The notes under the pieces were generated by a model that did not search any database, was not told the origin of the DNA, and was given only the letters and a program-made list of their open reading frames with translations. A program made the position numbers and the translations under genes. DNA of 64,000 nucleotides from Amphiscolops sp. MND2022 (taxonomy: Eukaryota), in assembly GCA_964187785.1 (NCBI GenBank), contig OZ076412.1:67580001-67644000 (forward strand). The letters run 5' to 3'. This document shows, piece after piece, positions 23,727-36,683 of the stretch. How positions within the stretch are numbered: the first letter of the stretch is position 1; the number at the start of each line of letters is the position of its first letter.

Positions 23727-24218
23727 GGTATGCGGAAAACTCGTCGAAAACAACTCGCCGAATGCAACTCGTCGAAAACAACTCGTCGAAAGTAAAGGGC
23801 GGAAAACTGGTCGAAAATTAACTCGTCGAACAGAAATTGAGTGTAAACTCGTCGAATAATTACAGATTGCCCACAGGGATTATCAAGTGCTAATTATGGA
23901 TCAATTTTCAATAATTGATGCGTGAAATTTTCAGTTTCACGCATAAAATAGCTTTTGTAGTTATATAAATGCTTGAAATGTTTCACTTTCATAGTTTACA
24001 GTGCATTACTTCATAATGATTTAGAACTTCATAACACGGTAAGATTACAAAGTTAGCACTATATTTGCCTCAGATTATTTTCTGTTCTTGCGACGAGTTT
24101 ACCGCCGGAGAATTTTCGGCGAGTTGCTTTTCGACGAGTTTTCCGCCTAGTATTTTCGACCAGTTGTTTTCGGCGAGTTGTTTTCGACGAGTTTTTTTCG
24201 ACGAGTTTTCCTAGATTC
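23727..24218. mobile_element. Foldback-type MITE with inverted subterminal arrays and 9-bp TSD
   Basis: Left arm has repeated AACTCGTCGAAA, right arm repeated TTTCGACGAGTT; flanked by GAATTTTAC at 23718-23726 and 24219-24227. Confidence 0.8.
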
Positions 24219-24683
24219 GAATTTTACAGAAAGAGGACACGAAAATGTTAACTTTGTCGAGGATTGTCAAAACGAACTCGTATCGACTTCGCTTAGCTCA
24301 CTTAATAACATAAACGCAAGATTTTTTCAATTAGCAGTGGCTTCAATTTTCGTTTGTCTGAACGCGTTGTGTGAACGAGTTGTGTTAGCAAATGGTGACC
24401 AACTTGGGTCGACTTGCAGTGATGCAGTCAGCTATTAGGATTTCTTAGGCGAGCGTTTTCTTACCGAGAGTTTTTAGGAGATATTTTCTTCGAAGCGTTG
24501 TATCTCGAAGCGCATTAATCGGAGCGTTCTACTTTTTGGGAAAAAAACCCCTGCAAGGTCGCAATTGACCATGGTGCAAGTATTGGTTGTCATCAGATAA
24601 ATTTTCGATAGTTTATTCTGCGACGGAAACTTGAAATATGATAAATTTGAGAGGGCAAAATTTGTTTTTAGTCGAATTAGGGC

Positions 24684-25451
24684 CTGTGGAGGAGCAATTC
24701 CTTCTCGAGCAAGTTTCACAGCTTACATAAACGATGATCACACTACTTCAAAAACACACTACTTCAAAAACTATACTGGACGAAACCTTATACATGTAGA
24801 AGAGAGGGACGTGGATTGCACAATTATGGCGCTAGCTGAAACGGAACTGCATAAGTCAGCGTCCCGCTCAAGGCTCAAAATAGCAAAAACACTTCAAAGC
24901 GTCAAGAATTCTCATTCGAAACAATTTCACAGTACCGAAAAACCCAAATGACTTTTTCGAAGGGGCGTATTATCTTCCACAACCTCTTTAGTAAAATAGG
25001 CCCCTCCGGGGCTCAGTACTATTTCTGCTTTAATCTTTATTTTTTTTGAACAAAAAAATTCATTAATAAAAGAATCATATCTGGAATACCAATACACTCT
25101 TGTTTAATCATTATTTAGCGCACAATTACATGTAATCACTGTACAAGTTTACACCGCCTTTAATTCTTCTCGGACTAAAGAAAATAAAACTACTAAGCGT
25201 AGACGAAGTTTCGCATTCGCATTTGAATGCAGGCGAAGCTCTCAACGAACGAATAATTAACACTCATTCGCTTCATCTCAATAACTCGGGGCAACGAAAG
25301 CACAATTACGAACATTCGCTCGCTTCATCTCAATGACGTCAGCATACGAATGGATAATTACCACTCGCTCGTCCCATCGCACTAGAATTGAATTGTTTCC
25401 GCAGCTCTCTCGCTTACACTCACTGCCGAACAAAATATCTGAATTATTCAG
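24684..25451 (+). repeat. Dispersed ~780-bp repeat, copy 2
   Basis: Near-identical to 20755-21538. Confidence 0.9.
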
Positions 25452-25811
25452 ATCGTCCGAAAAATTGTTCTGAAAAAAAAGTACACGTTTCCAGATTTCA
25501 ATAATATTCCTGCTAAAGCAGAAATATTTAAAAAACAAAAATCGGATATAGCGTGCTGGGCCTGAGAAAACCTCGAAATTTTAACACTAAAATTATTCCT
25601 TTTGTAAAATCTCACAATGCCGAAAACTGTGAAAGAGGGGACCCTTTGAGATTTTTTAATACCCATTCTGTTGCAAAATTTCGAAAAATTGAAGGGGGAC
25701 TCTTTGGGGACATTTAAAAAATTTCGAAAAAAAGTCTCACAAAGCCGAAAAGTCTCATAGTGCCAAAAAATGTGAGAACTTTCTGCTTCGGAATACTTGT
25801 AAAAAAAATTA

Positions 25812-25884
25812 GCGCATACCCACGGGTTCGAACACGAATCCTCTGGGTTGAAAAGCATGCATCTTACCACTAGACCACGAACGC
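25812..25884 (-). repeat. tRNA-derived (SINE-head-like) sequence, probably not a functional tRNA
   Basis: GCGTTCGTGGTCTAGTGGTAAGA...TTTTCAA...GTGTTCGAACCC has A- and B-box-like motifs, but the anticodon stem does not pair; embedded in a repeat. Confidence 0.55.
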
Positions 25885-27789
25885 GTGAAACGTGCGAGTT
25901 GCCGCGTGAAATGAGAGAGTTGTCGCGCGGAAAAAAAAAGCACCCGCACTTTCCCATAACACTTGCTTATCGCAAGTGTAAAAAGCACCGAGAGCAAAAT
26001 TAATCCTTTCAAAAGGCAGTTTGAAGATACTGATGCATATCTCGTCGCCATTAGCTGTATCTGTCAAGCTTTTCAATGTGTGTCCGTATTTAATGCCAGC
26101 CTTACGCAAAGTTTCATTGGGCCCATGTTTTTGTGCTGTTCGATTAATCGGGTTTTGAGAACTAGAATAGTCAGGGAATTGATCGGGCCTCAAATTACAC
26201 TAGCTCCGGGCCTCAAATATGCTACCCCTTTCTTTCATGCATGTACACGTGACACCGGACAGACAGTCGCGGGAAAAATCGCCCGACTGGCAGCGAAAAA
26301 GTAATTCAGATGTTACTAAGATAATTTCTGTTCTTCTAAGTAGTTCTGTCCTCCGCTTCAAGGGCTCGAGATCGACAAGTGTCAACCATCTATGGTTAGG
26401 TTTTCCACAAGTGTGATCGAGAAAAATGTGATGCGATGGTTGAAATTATAGATTCTCTTTCACTTTCCAATGTTTCAAAAATTCATGTCGTGTCATTGAG
26501 AGCGTTACTGTTACTGTAAAGAGGGTCCCGCAGCCTTCAGCGTGTTGACACCTCAAGCAATTCAAGGACGCGCCCCTCATCAACATGAAGCAAATGAAAT
26601 TTGCTCCTATCATTCTAAAATTCAATACGCACAGCTTTGTTAATTTCAGTCAAAAAGAAAAGAGAAAAATTTGGAAATCACTTCATCTTAGTGTGATCTA
26701 CAAATTCGCGAAAATTGAAAACATACGGACCGCGAAGTGCAGCCCTTTAGCAAACTTTGCAAGGACGATATTGAAGTTTGGACGGATGACATTCCTATTT
26801 TCCGGTCGAATGAGCAACATCGCCATCAATAGTAGGCAAGCTCGAGGCAAAAATGGTTAGTATACCGGTAAGCTATCGTGGAAGGCATCGAAGAGTTAGG
26901 CAGGACACAGTTGCTGGAGATACTGATAGCGTTTGAAGCTGTCGCAGCAATTTCCCAAAATGCACATCAATTGAGGAAGTTATTACTGTGATATCAGATT
27001 ATCCCAGAAACAAAGCAGTCAGGCCAACCCAGTGTTTCTGATGACAGAAAAAATCTTAAACTACTGAGCAAAGTGTGCGTTGTGGACTAATTGGAGTGGT
27101 ACCGGAACAGTTAACAGTAGGAAAAATAATGTGACGGACAGTCAGAGCTAAATATCGCTAAGATAGCACTCGAAAATCTATTCATTGATGGAAACACTTC
27201 ACCCTGAATTGAAAGATTGTCGAAATCAACCGCAGCATATTATCCCTGACTTGACCACTGGAATTTCGCTGATTGTGAGATGTCTCAAGATAAGAAAAGT
27301 TTGCAACTGGGTTTTAGTCGTTCCAGCATCCATTAGTGGACTATTGTGCCAAACTGAATAATCACGATCAACAAACAGGGACATCAGTTTGTCCAGCTAA
27401 ACTTTAAACTTCATTTCAACTACCGCGAAATTATCAAGAGTGCTATTATGACTATTTGGCCATCTTGGATCATATCATACATAGCATACTAAACAGTCTT
27501 ACATTGTTGCAATGTTCAACCTTTTACGCCTTCAAAATTTCCAAACTACTATGGTTACAAAACTGAGACGCGCATAAACATTTACTTGGCATTCGAAACT
27601 ACAAAAAAGCGTTGGTAATAGCGAAGATATCAGTTCCATGTGCATGGATGTTGTAACAGATTAAGGCATGAACAAGCCAGGAACGGCCTAAGTCGGCGCT
27701 AAGTTTTTAAATATGCAAAAAAGGCCTCTGAGGGACACACTATTATTTCTGCTTTTAGGCTTTCATCTTCAATAATAGAAGAATATCTT

Positions 27790-28090
27790 AATCATTTACA
27801 CAGAGGCGAAGCGGTGCTTCGCAACACATGACGAAGACAACGATTATTTTAATATGCGTATATATATTCTTTTAATCGCATGCGTATATATTCAACAGTT
27901 CAACTTTATTCAATAACGTCCTTATGGCACAGTGGTTAACACTTATGCCGCGCAATCGGAAGGCTGCAGGTTCGAATCTCTATGGGGTTTTGGCTTTTCT
28001 CTAAAAGGCGCTGATTATGAAGTTGGCTGTGGAAAAAAAACTTTCTTAGCTGGACTGCAATGCACATTGACTTCATCATGTGCAATAAAG
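27790..28090 (+). repeat. Repeat with internal tRNA-like Pol III promoter (27918-27987)
   Basis: A box TGGCACAGTGG and B box GGTTCGAATC; a homologous copy with the same flanks lies at about 36088-36378. Confidence 0.65.
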
Positions 28091-28363
28091 CGCACAATTA
28101 ATCACTACCAATTTACACCGCCTTTAATTCTTCTCGGACTAAAGAAAATATAACTACGAAGCGTAGACGAAGTTTTGCATTCACGTTTGAATGCAGGCGA
28201 AGCTCTCGGCGAACGAGTAAATAACACTCGTTCGCTTCATCTAAATAACTCGGCGTACGAAAGCATAATTACCACTCGCTCGTTCCAACGCACGAGGAAC
28301 AAATTGTTGTCGGGAGCTTGAGAAATTCAAACCTCACGCTTATACTCACTGCCGAGCAGAATA

Positions 28364-28526
28364 CAGTAAACCCTCGATTATCCGCCACCTTTGGTCAACC
28401 GCCACAAATCTACGGGGACATTTTGCTATAACACCCGTGTCTAAGCTCCCTTGATTAACCGCCACTCTCACTTATCCGCCATAATTCGCGCTGGACCGAT
28501 GGTGGCGGATAATCGGGGGTTTACTG
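28364..28526. mobile_element. Tc1/mariner (pogo/Tigger-like) MITE, 163 bp
   Basis: 26-bp TIR CAGTAAACCC(T/C)CGATTATCCGCCACC with TA TSD; homologous empty site AAAATATCTGAATT at about 21518-21531. Confidence 0.9.
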
Positions 28527-29630
28527 TATGTGAATTCTTCAGTACCACGACAAAAATTTTACTGAAAAAAAGTTGACATTTTGAGATTTCAAAAATATTC
28601 CTGCTGCCGCGTTGAACTGACGAAAAAAAACTAGCCACTATAAGAGTCGTACTTTTTCTTCGAAAACGCCGACTTGAAATGTTTTTTCTGTCACACTTTT
28701 TTTTCACTGTGAAACCTCTGACAAAATAACCGACTGAATAAAATCGTAGTTTTAACCTACCATTGGATAAACAATTGTAGATCCTCTCCACTGATGTAAT
28801 CTTGACTCCAGGTATCATCCTCTATCTATAGCACTTCTGAATGCTCCTTGAACTTAGGCGTTTACGATATTTAACAGACCATCTATCTCCTGATAAATCT
28901 AATGGTTATTTCTCATTTTTCAAAGATTTCAAAGATCCTGTTAGTTTCAGTAGTTTTTCAGCATCAGCTCTTAGATTCTGAACCTGATCTAATTTTGTCC
29001 TCAATTGATGAGTTCTCCGGTTGTTCAAAACGATTTTCTGCGATGTCTGCATCAAGTCAAGTGGAACTTTGAGATTCTCAATTTCTTCCGAAAGAGTTCA
29101 ACCCCCAAAATTACGTCCACCTTCTCTGAATCCTATAATATAGGCATCATAAAAGCATCTAATTTTTCTGCTTTCTTGGAAAATACCATTGGAAAAACAA
29201 TATCAACTTCGAACAGTTCATTCTAAACAGAAATTCACATTGATAATCACATGAAGTTTAAATCACAAAATGGAACAAAGTTGATAATTGGCTGAATGAC
29301 GTTTCGAAGATCCAGAACAATCCTGAGCTTGCAAAATTTCCTCACGCGAAATATCAAAAAAAAACAATTTTGGAGACCTTTCGGAAGAAGTATCAGTACC
29401 GAAAAAGCAAACAGAAAACACATTAAGTTCACAAACGCTTTTTCCAAGCCAAAAACCTTCGAAAAAGTTAAGGGGATACCCGTAATGATTCCCCCCCCCC
29501 CCAAAAAAAAACAGTCTCACGGTGCCGAAAGAAAATGAAAAAATCGACTATCAAAAAAACTCATTGCTCCAACAGGACCAAAAAAAAAAACAACAAACCC
29601 TCAAAACCCCAAAAAAAATGGAAAAATTTT

Positions 29631-30812
29631 TCCAGTAGGTCGCATAATGCCGAAAACTCTAAAGAGGCCATCTATGCTCGCAAAACGCTTTGTTTCTGCT
29701 AAAATTGAACTTCTGCATCTTTTTCTTCGAAAGGTCTAAGCGAACGATTGATAACTAAGTCAAAATACGATCTCATATTGCTAACAATCAAGACCATCAG
29801 CTGGCCGACTACCAAATGAGAATAAGCAGTAATACCACTTTGCTGAACAAAAAAGCAAAAAAGCGGCCTTGACGACGTTACAATAGTATTCAACAAACCG
29901 GGAACGTCCCAAGTTGGCGCAAGCAAACAAGTTGTAATTTGACAGTACAAAAAACTTGGCATAAATATGCCAGGCGCCAAATATATTTTCTTCCACGCAA
30001 TGGTGAAACTTTTAGGCAACCTTTTGATGTTTTTGAAGAGCCGAGCCAAGTGGTCGTGTCATTCAAGTTATGTGAAATTTATGAAAATGGGACGTTACAC
30101 GGTGACTGAAAAACAAGACGGGAACGTCTAAAGTCGGCGCTATATCTAAGGCTCAAAAAGCGCAAAATACTTTTTTTTGAAAAAACACTTGAAATTTTTG
30201 ATTTTTTTCTTTAAGAAAATGTCCAGTAGGTCGCATAATGCCGAAAACTCTAAAGAGGCCATCTATGCTCGCAAAACGCTTTGTTTCTGCTAAAATTGAA
30301 CTTCTGCATCTTTTTCTTCGAAAGGTCTAAGCGAACGATTGATAACTAAGTCAAAATACGATCTCATATTGCTAACAATCAAGACCATCAGCTGGCCGAC
30401 TACCAAATGAGAATAAGCAGTAATACCACTTTGCTGAACAAAAAAGCAAAAAAGCGGCCTTGACGACGTTACAATAGTATTCAACAAACCGGGAACGTCC
30501 CAAGTTGGCGCAAGCAAACAAGTTGTAATTTGACAGTACAAAAAACTTGGCATAAATATGCCAGGCGCCAAATATATTTTCTTCCACGCAATGGTGAAAC
30601 TTTTAGGCAACCTTTTGATGTTTTTGAAGAGCCGAGCCAAGTGGTCGTGTCATTCAAGTTATGTGAAATTTATGAAAATGGGACGTTACACGGTGACTGA
30701 AAAACAAGACGGGAACGTCTAAAGTCGGCGCTATATCTAAGGCTCAAAAAGCGCAAAATACTTTTTTTTGAAAAAAAACTTGAAATTTTTGATTTTTTTC
30801 TTTAAGAAAATG
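29631..30812. repeat. Tandem duplication, 2 x 591 bp, essentially identical
   Basis: Units start TCCAGTAGGTCGCATAATG at 29631 and 30222; identical ORFs 29699-30049 and 30290-30640. Confidence 0.95.
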
Positions 30813-31202
30813 TCGCATAGTGCCGAAAAATGTAAAGGGGGGACCCTTTGAGCTTTATTAACACATATTCTGCTGCAAAATATCAAAAAACTCGAAGGAG
30901 GGACTTTTTTGAGACATTAAAAAATTTTCGGAAAAAAGTCGCACAATGCCGAAAAAATCGAAAGGGGGGACCCTTTAGTCTCGTCCGGTTTTGTAGATTA
31001 CATTAAAAAAGTAAAAAATGAAAGGGGGACCCTTTTGCACTAATTTCCGCTGACCGGACTTGGCCTTATTGTAGTAGTTTTAGTAGTTTCGGTTGTAAGA
31101 AAAGTGGCCCAATCAGAGTGAGATTGTAGTCTGACGAAAAAAAAAGAAAAAAAACTAGCCACTGTAATAGTCGGGCTCTTTTCACTAGAAAAGCGCCGAC
31201 TA
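30703..31202 (+). mobile_element. DINE-1/HINE-like non-autonomous Helentron-associated element
   Basis: Starts AACAAG...AGTCGGCGC and ends with a stem-loop (CTTTTC-ACTA-GAAAAG) plus the inverted GCGCCGACT. Same architecture at 38089-38532 (+), 36684-37334 (-) and partly at 19140-19580 (-). Confidence 0.55.
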
Positions 31203-31519
31203 AAAACTTACCATTGCAAGAGTCGTCCATATTTTTTCAAAAAGCGGCGACTTAAAAAACGGCAACTGAAATTGTTCTAGAATGTTAATGTCAACGTAGC
31301 GGTTGTTCAAAGATTAGAATTTAAAAACTTTTAAAAATCCACCTTCGCCAAACTGACGCCTCCAATCCACGTCTAGTTAAAGCTATTAGCAAACGCTTCA
31401 CAGCAAAAGCTTGGTCAAGAACTGAAACTTGCAGCAAAAATGTTTTCAGGACGGAAAAATCAATTAACAGTCAAAAATCAAAGATCTGAATATTTCGAAT
31501 ATATTTACATAAATAGAAC

Positions 31520-32315
31520 TCATCTAGAAGAAGGCATAATTTCGGTTTTGCAAGTTGCAATTCTGTCCTCTGCGGATAATGGTGAATCTAACTGCCATAT
31601 TTGTTCCAATATTCCTTGTTCGTGGGTAACACCAGGTTGAACTGTGAAAAAATCCGACAGTTTCTTGGGTTCAGATCTATCGATTTGTCGAGAAACACGT
31701 TGAAGTTCTTCGAGCTTGGGTATACTCACTGACTTGGCTATATTGTGGTCACTGTCCAATGGGTTTATAACTATTAAGGAACCTTTATCTCTGAAAGACC
31801 TTGGTTTTAGCTGTCCAGAAATGGGGTCCAACTTGAAGTTGCTGAAATCGAGGCGCGCCACGAAATTGAAAAAGCCACGAAGCAAAGTTTCCATTTTGTG
31901 ATCAGTTGGTCTTGAAAACAATTTCGGATCAATATTTCCCAAATCTTCGTCTTGTGTTTGACTCAGAACAAATTCAACTGAAGGAACAAGGTTTTCGGTC
32001 ATCAAAAAATGAAGGTACACGATGAGGACATGGAAAGATGTCAAATAACCAGGTTTGTAAGATGTCATGACGTTCATGTGACTTAGAATCTGTTTTATGG
32101 CTGTAAACACAGGAGGAAACAGAGGGTTCATACGGCCATAAATGAAGTTCAGACGCGACTGCAGCACTTCATTGCTTCCGACGTGGCCACTTACCAAATC
32201 CCCATTCACAGGCAGATAACGATGTTCGAAACAGACAAGAGGCACTGTTGCATTGAAAATATCGTAACAACTAGCAAACATTTCATACTGTCGCTTCATT
32301 TGATCGGAAAACTTC
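31520..32315 (-). CDS. MTPAP: Exon 2 of an MTPAP-like non-canonical poly(A)/poly(U) polymerase (central and PAP-associated domains)
   Basis: NATVPLVCFEH, GDL (third Asp), KPGYLTSFHVLIVYLHFL, METLLRGFFNF and INPLDSDHNIAKSV align in order with MTPAP NARCPLVRFSH...WITNFSLTMMVIFFL...LLKEFFEYF...QNPFETSLNISKNV; acceptor TTTCAG|G is phase 2. Confidence 0.8.
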
Positions 32316-32781
32316 CTGAAACAAAAAACCATGATGAGCACAAAGACTACAGCAAAATGCAAATTATTCCGTGAAGCCATAAATGCATCAATTATTCCTT
32401 GAGCTTCAATTACACGAGAAACAAATACGACAAATACGGGGACACAGTCAAGTCACATTGACAGTTTGCAAAACGTAAATAAAAGCCTTTGAAAAATGAA
32501 ATGTGACCGTGCAATATAGATATCATTGAAACACTACGTTAGACTTTGCTCGAAACGTTCGGAGATTTTGTTTAGATCTCCAGCAAACACTCCGGAGCAA
32601 TGATTTTAAAAAGTCACTCATATTGATGGTTCCAGTATGTCATCGCAATCAATTTTATACCAAATACAGATGTCATCAGGCTAGTCCCAAAACTTGGATA
32701 CCATTTCCAAGCCCCGTACTTTGCAAATGAATATCAATACCAGTGTATTGTACACGATACACGATATAGCTATCGCTACAC

Positions 32782-33262
32782 CAGGCATGGCAGCTAATCA
32801 CGCAAATTTTTCGCATAATTCACGCTGAAAACGTCACGCTAAGACGAAAATCACACCAAATTCACAATTTTTCACACTAAAACACGGGTTTTCAAGTGTT
32901 TCAATTCAACTTGGAGGAAATAACATACAGAAATAAAAGATGTTTCAATGCTTCTACATCAAGTCTTTGACGGTCTTCCCTAAGAATTTTCTTGAAATAT
33001 GAGAACGTGCGTTCCACTGGGCAAGAAGATGAAGGCAGAAAGCAATAGTTCATTGCAGTTTTGATAACATTGGAATTCTTTCGATATTGGCGTTCCAAAA
33101 ATCCATTATGAGAGGAGTTTCATATTTTTCATTCCTAACAAGGTTGAATTTCACGTCATAAGTTGGCAAAATCGATCAATTACATATTTCACGGCGCAAT
33201 TTGATTGAATAAAATTCACGGGATTGAACGAATTTCCACGCCGTGATTAACTGTCATGCCTA
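32782..33262 (-). mobile_element. Internally deleted hAT element keeping the C-terminal dimerisation-domain fragment (32901-33098)
   Basis: TIR CAGGCATGGCAGCTAATCACG / CGTGATTAACTGTCATGCCTA; TCGCTACAC duplicated on both sides; peptide LPSSSCPVERTFSYFKKILREDRQRL. Confidence 0.85.
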
Positions 33263-34070
33263 TCGCTACACGAGATAAACTTGATAAATAATACGGTGCA
33301 ACTTCAATTCGTCGAAAAATGGAAAGCTATTCAATGCTTCGAAAGAATTCCATATCAGCGATTATGTTCATTTGGTTATATTTTGTGGCGATTAACATAA
33401 TTGTTGTATGGCTCGGTCGCTTCGCTACCTTCGCCAAGTAGCAATATTGAGGCATGGCAATATGGCACATCGCTCCGCTTCTTTCCTGCATTTAGGACAC
33501 TAGGAGTATGTGAACATAGCTGACTACGTTATCGTAATTTTGAATGCTCGAAATTGATTGGACGAAATCAATTCATTCCATTATGTCCTACCATGCTCGC
33601 TAAATTAATGCGTGTTCGCCGAATTGAATGTTCGACGAATTGAACAGTCCCGAAATAATACGGCTACACGAAGAACGAATACACGGCTGTTAATAAACGA
33701 TTGATACACGACAAACAAGAACCAATCAAATTTCAATAAGTCAAATATTTTGCATAACTAATAATTCAGTTCATTTCCACTAACACTGTCAGAGTATTTT
33801 ATTATTCGTTAACTATTGTTAACGTTTATTTCACATTATAACTCGGATTTTACACAAAAGACTTGATTATTATTTTTGCCATGCCGCCATTAACGAAAGT
33901 TGATTATACTAAACTGTTTAGTATTCCTATCAATTCAGGAAAAAGTGCACTTTGTAGAACTTTTAAAGAGGAAATTCTATACAGAGCTGATTCCAGAGGT
34001 AATTTAAGAAAAAAATGATCAGACGAAGCATGAAAAAAAGCTCACGGAAGAGGAAAAGAGATATGAAGCC

Positions 34071-34420
34071 ATGAATGAGAAAGCTACTTTACCGGGCCAA
34101 TCCATCATCCGATTCTCACCACAGGGTGGACTCTCATGTGAAGTGGAACCATTTGCAAAGCAAAAATCTATTGAAGAACCAATTGCAAGAAATCTTTGTG
34201 CGATAGGGGGCTTGCCACTCACAATTACTGAGCGACCTTTTTTCCGGCAATTTATGAATGAAATCCAGCCGCGATTCACACAAAAAACCTACGGCACTAT
34301 AATGAAGCACATTTCGAAATTCGCAAATGATCTTGACTTTAAACTGAAGCGGTTATTTTCAGAGAGCAATGCGCGCCCTACTGTAATTCTAGAAGGCTAG
34401 ACAGCACAAAATGGAAATAT
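34071..34420 (+). pseudogene. hAT transposase N-terminal fragment
   Basis: GLPLTITERPFFRQFMNEIQPRF...TVILEG*TAQNG resembles hAT LPFSIVE.PGF...SLTLDGWTS. Confidence 0.55.
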
Positions 34421-35666
34421 TTGGGTCCTAGTTCACCAAAAATTCTGAAGTTATCTGATTTTTCATCGAGGAAGACAACAACAGAAGTGACTAACAACAG
34501 GGATTCCTGGAAAAATTAGTTTGAGTGTTATATCTTGACACGCCAAAAATACCTCAAAGTGGTGACCCAACAAAAAACGAGTTATTTGGGTCCTAGTTCA
34601 CCAAAAATTTTGAAATTATCTAATTCTTCATTGAGGAAAATAGGCCCCTCCGGGGCTCAGTACTATTTCTGCTTTATTCTTTATTTTTTTAAACTAAAAA
34701 ATTCATTAATAAAAGAATCATATCTGGAATACCAATACACTCTTGTTTAATCATTATTTAGCGCACAATTACATGTAATCACTGTACAAGTTTACACCGC
34801 CTTTAATTCTTCTCGGACTAAAGAAAATATAACTAATAAGCGTAGACGAAGTTTCGCATTCGCATTTGAATGCAGGCGAAGCTCTCAACGAACGAACAAT
34901 TAACGCTCATTCGCTTCATCTCAATAACTCGGGGCAACGAAAGCACAATTACGAACATTCGCTCGCTTCATCTCAATGACGTCAGCATACGAATGGATAA
35001 TTACCACTCGCTCGTTCCAGCGCACTAGAATTGAATTGATGTCGGCAGCTTGAGAAATTTATTTCCCACGCTTACAGTCACTGCCGAACAAAATATCTGA
35101 ATTATTCAGTATCGTCCGAAAAACTGTACTGAAAAAAAAGTAGAAAGTTTGAGGTTACAATAATATTCATGCTCAAGCAGAAATATTAAAAACAACAACA
35201 AAAGTGACTAACAACAGGGATTCCTGGAAAAATTTGTTTTAGTGTCATCTTGACACGCCAGAAATACCTCAAAGTGTTGACCCAATAAAATACCGGATTG
35301 AAAACTCTACATTTACCGAGTACAAAGGTTTTATTAAACATGAGCTTGACATATAGTCGCGTCCTGCTTCTGGAGCCTCAGTGGAACGATTATTCAGCAT
35401 TTGAGGCCTGCGCACAAGCAACAGGCGTAACAAATAAACCAGATACTCTTGAAAAACTTATTTGCCGCCCACAAAATGAGGGAGGAAAATCATAATCTGT
35501 GTTGCGTTTTTTACAAAATTCTACCAGCTTTCCTCCCAGTTTCTTCATCCACCTCACTTGTAGTGCGCCATGATAGTACTTGACTATTTTAGTTACTTGA
35601 CTATTTAATTACTTGGTTTTAGTAAATATTAATTTAGCTTATTTAGTCACTGTGGCACACTGTCAC

Positions 35667-35751
35667 CGACTTCAAATATTCTTCATTTGCACTATACAGA
35701 CTTTGCTGGCAGTTTAGTCTGTATAGTGCAAATGAAGAATATTTGAAGTCG
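35667..35751. repeat. Perfect inverted repeat: 36-bp arms, 13-nt loop
   Basis: 35667-35702 is the exact reverse complement of 35716-35751. Confidence 0.97.
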
Positions 35752-36683
35752 AAGATATCGAAGAAAAAATTGATTCCTTGGGGATCAAGGGGATGTAGCA
35801 GTTTGTTCTGAAATCGCTAAAGATGGAACTCTTGGTCGCGCCAAAAAACCAGTGGCGAAGTTTTTCAAAAAACGGAAGTGTAATGTCATTGACATTATCG
35901 AATCAAACTATGAAACTATGAATGCAAACATTTGTTTTGGAATAAATATCGATGAAGGAATTTGAGTTCCATATAAGTAAAATAAGTGTGATAATTGTTA
36001 TTTTTTGTTTGATTCTTTTGGTTCATAAATTTCACTTCTCGTTCTACGTTGCTACCTAACACCAGCAATAATCTTAACTCAAGAAACTTTTACACAGAGG
36101 CGAAGCGGTGCTTCGCAACACATGACGAAGACATCGATTATTTTAATATGCGTATATATATTATTTTAATCGCATGCGTATTCAACAGTTCAACTTTGTT
36201 CAATAACGTCCCTATGGCACAGTGGTCAACACTGCCGTGCAATCGGGATGCTGCAGGTTCGAATCTCTCTGGGGTTTTGGCTTTTTTCTAAAAGGCGCTC
36301 ATTATGAAGTTGACTATAGTGGAAAAAAACTTACTTAGCTGGACTGCAATGCACATTGACTTCGTCATGTGCAATAACGCATATCTTTCTTTATGAGTAA
36401 ATTGGGAACCCCAGGGACCTAATACGTATCCGAAGAAAATTTTTGGCAGAGTACTCGAAAAAATAGATATGCGACTGTAAATCTTCTCCGAAACGCCGAA
36501 AAAGCGCCAAATTGCACGTTTTGGACCAAAACTAGAACATGCAGAGATAAAAAATTTCAGCCTGTCGGATGAAACAATTTGTGTATGTTCAAGAGGTATC
36601 GACACGTCGGAGAGAATACTGAAGGGACATTCCAGTTATGGTGTTTTGCTAAGAGTTCATGTACGGACATCGAAAGCTTTTTT

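Noticed and set aside
20738-24951. Duplicated 94-106-aa ORF (CGGAIPSRASF...)
   Set aside because: Lies within a dispersed repeat, starts differ between copies, and no domain is recognisable.
25812-25884. Functional tRNA-Glu(TTC) gene
   Set aside because: Anticodon stem cannot pair and the acceptor stem is poor; treated as a tRNA-derived repeat.
28720-29230. Possible degenerate retroelement coding fragment on the minus strand
   Set aside because: Too many stops and no diagnostic motif to assign a family.
29699-30640. Two identical 116-aa ORFs
   Set aside because: By-product of the 591-bp duplication of repeat-derived DNA; no coding signature.
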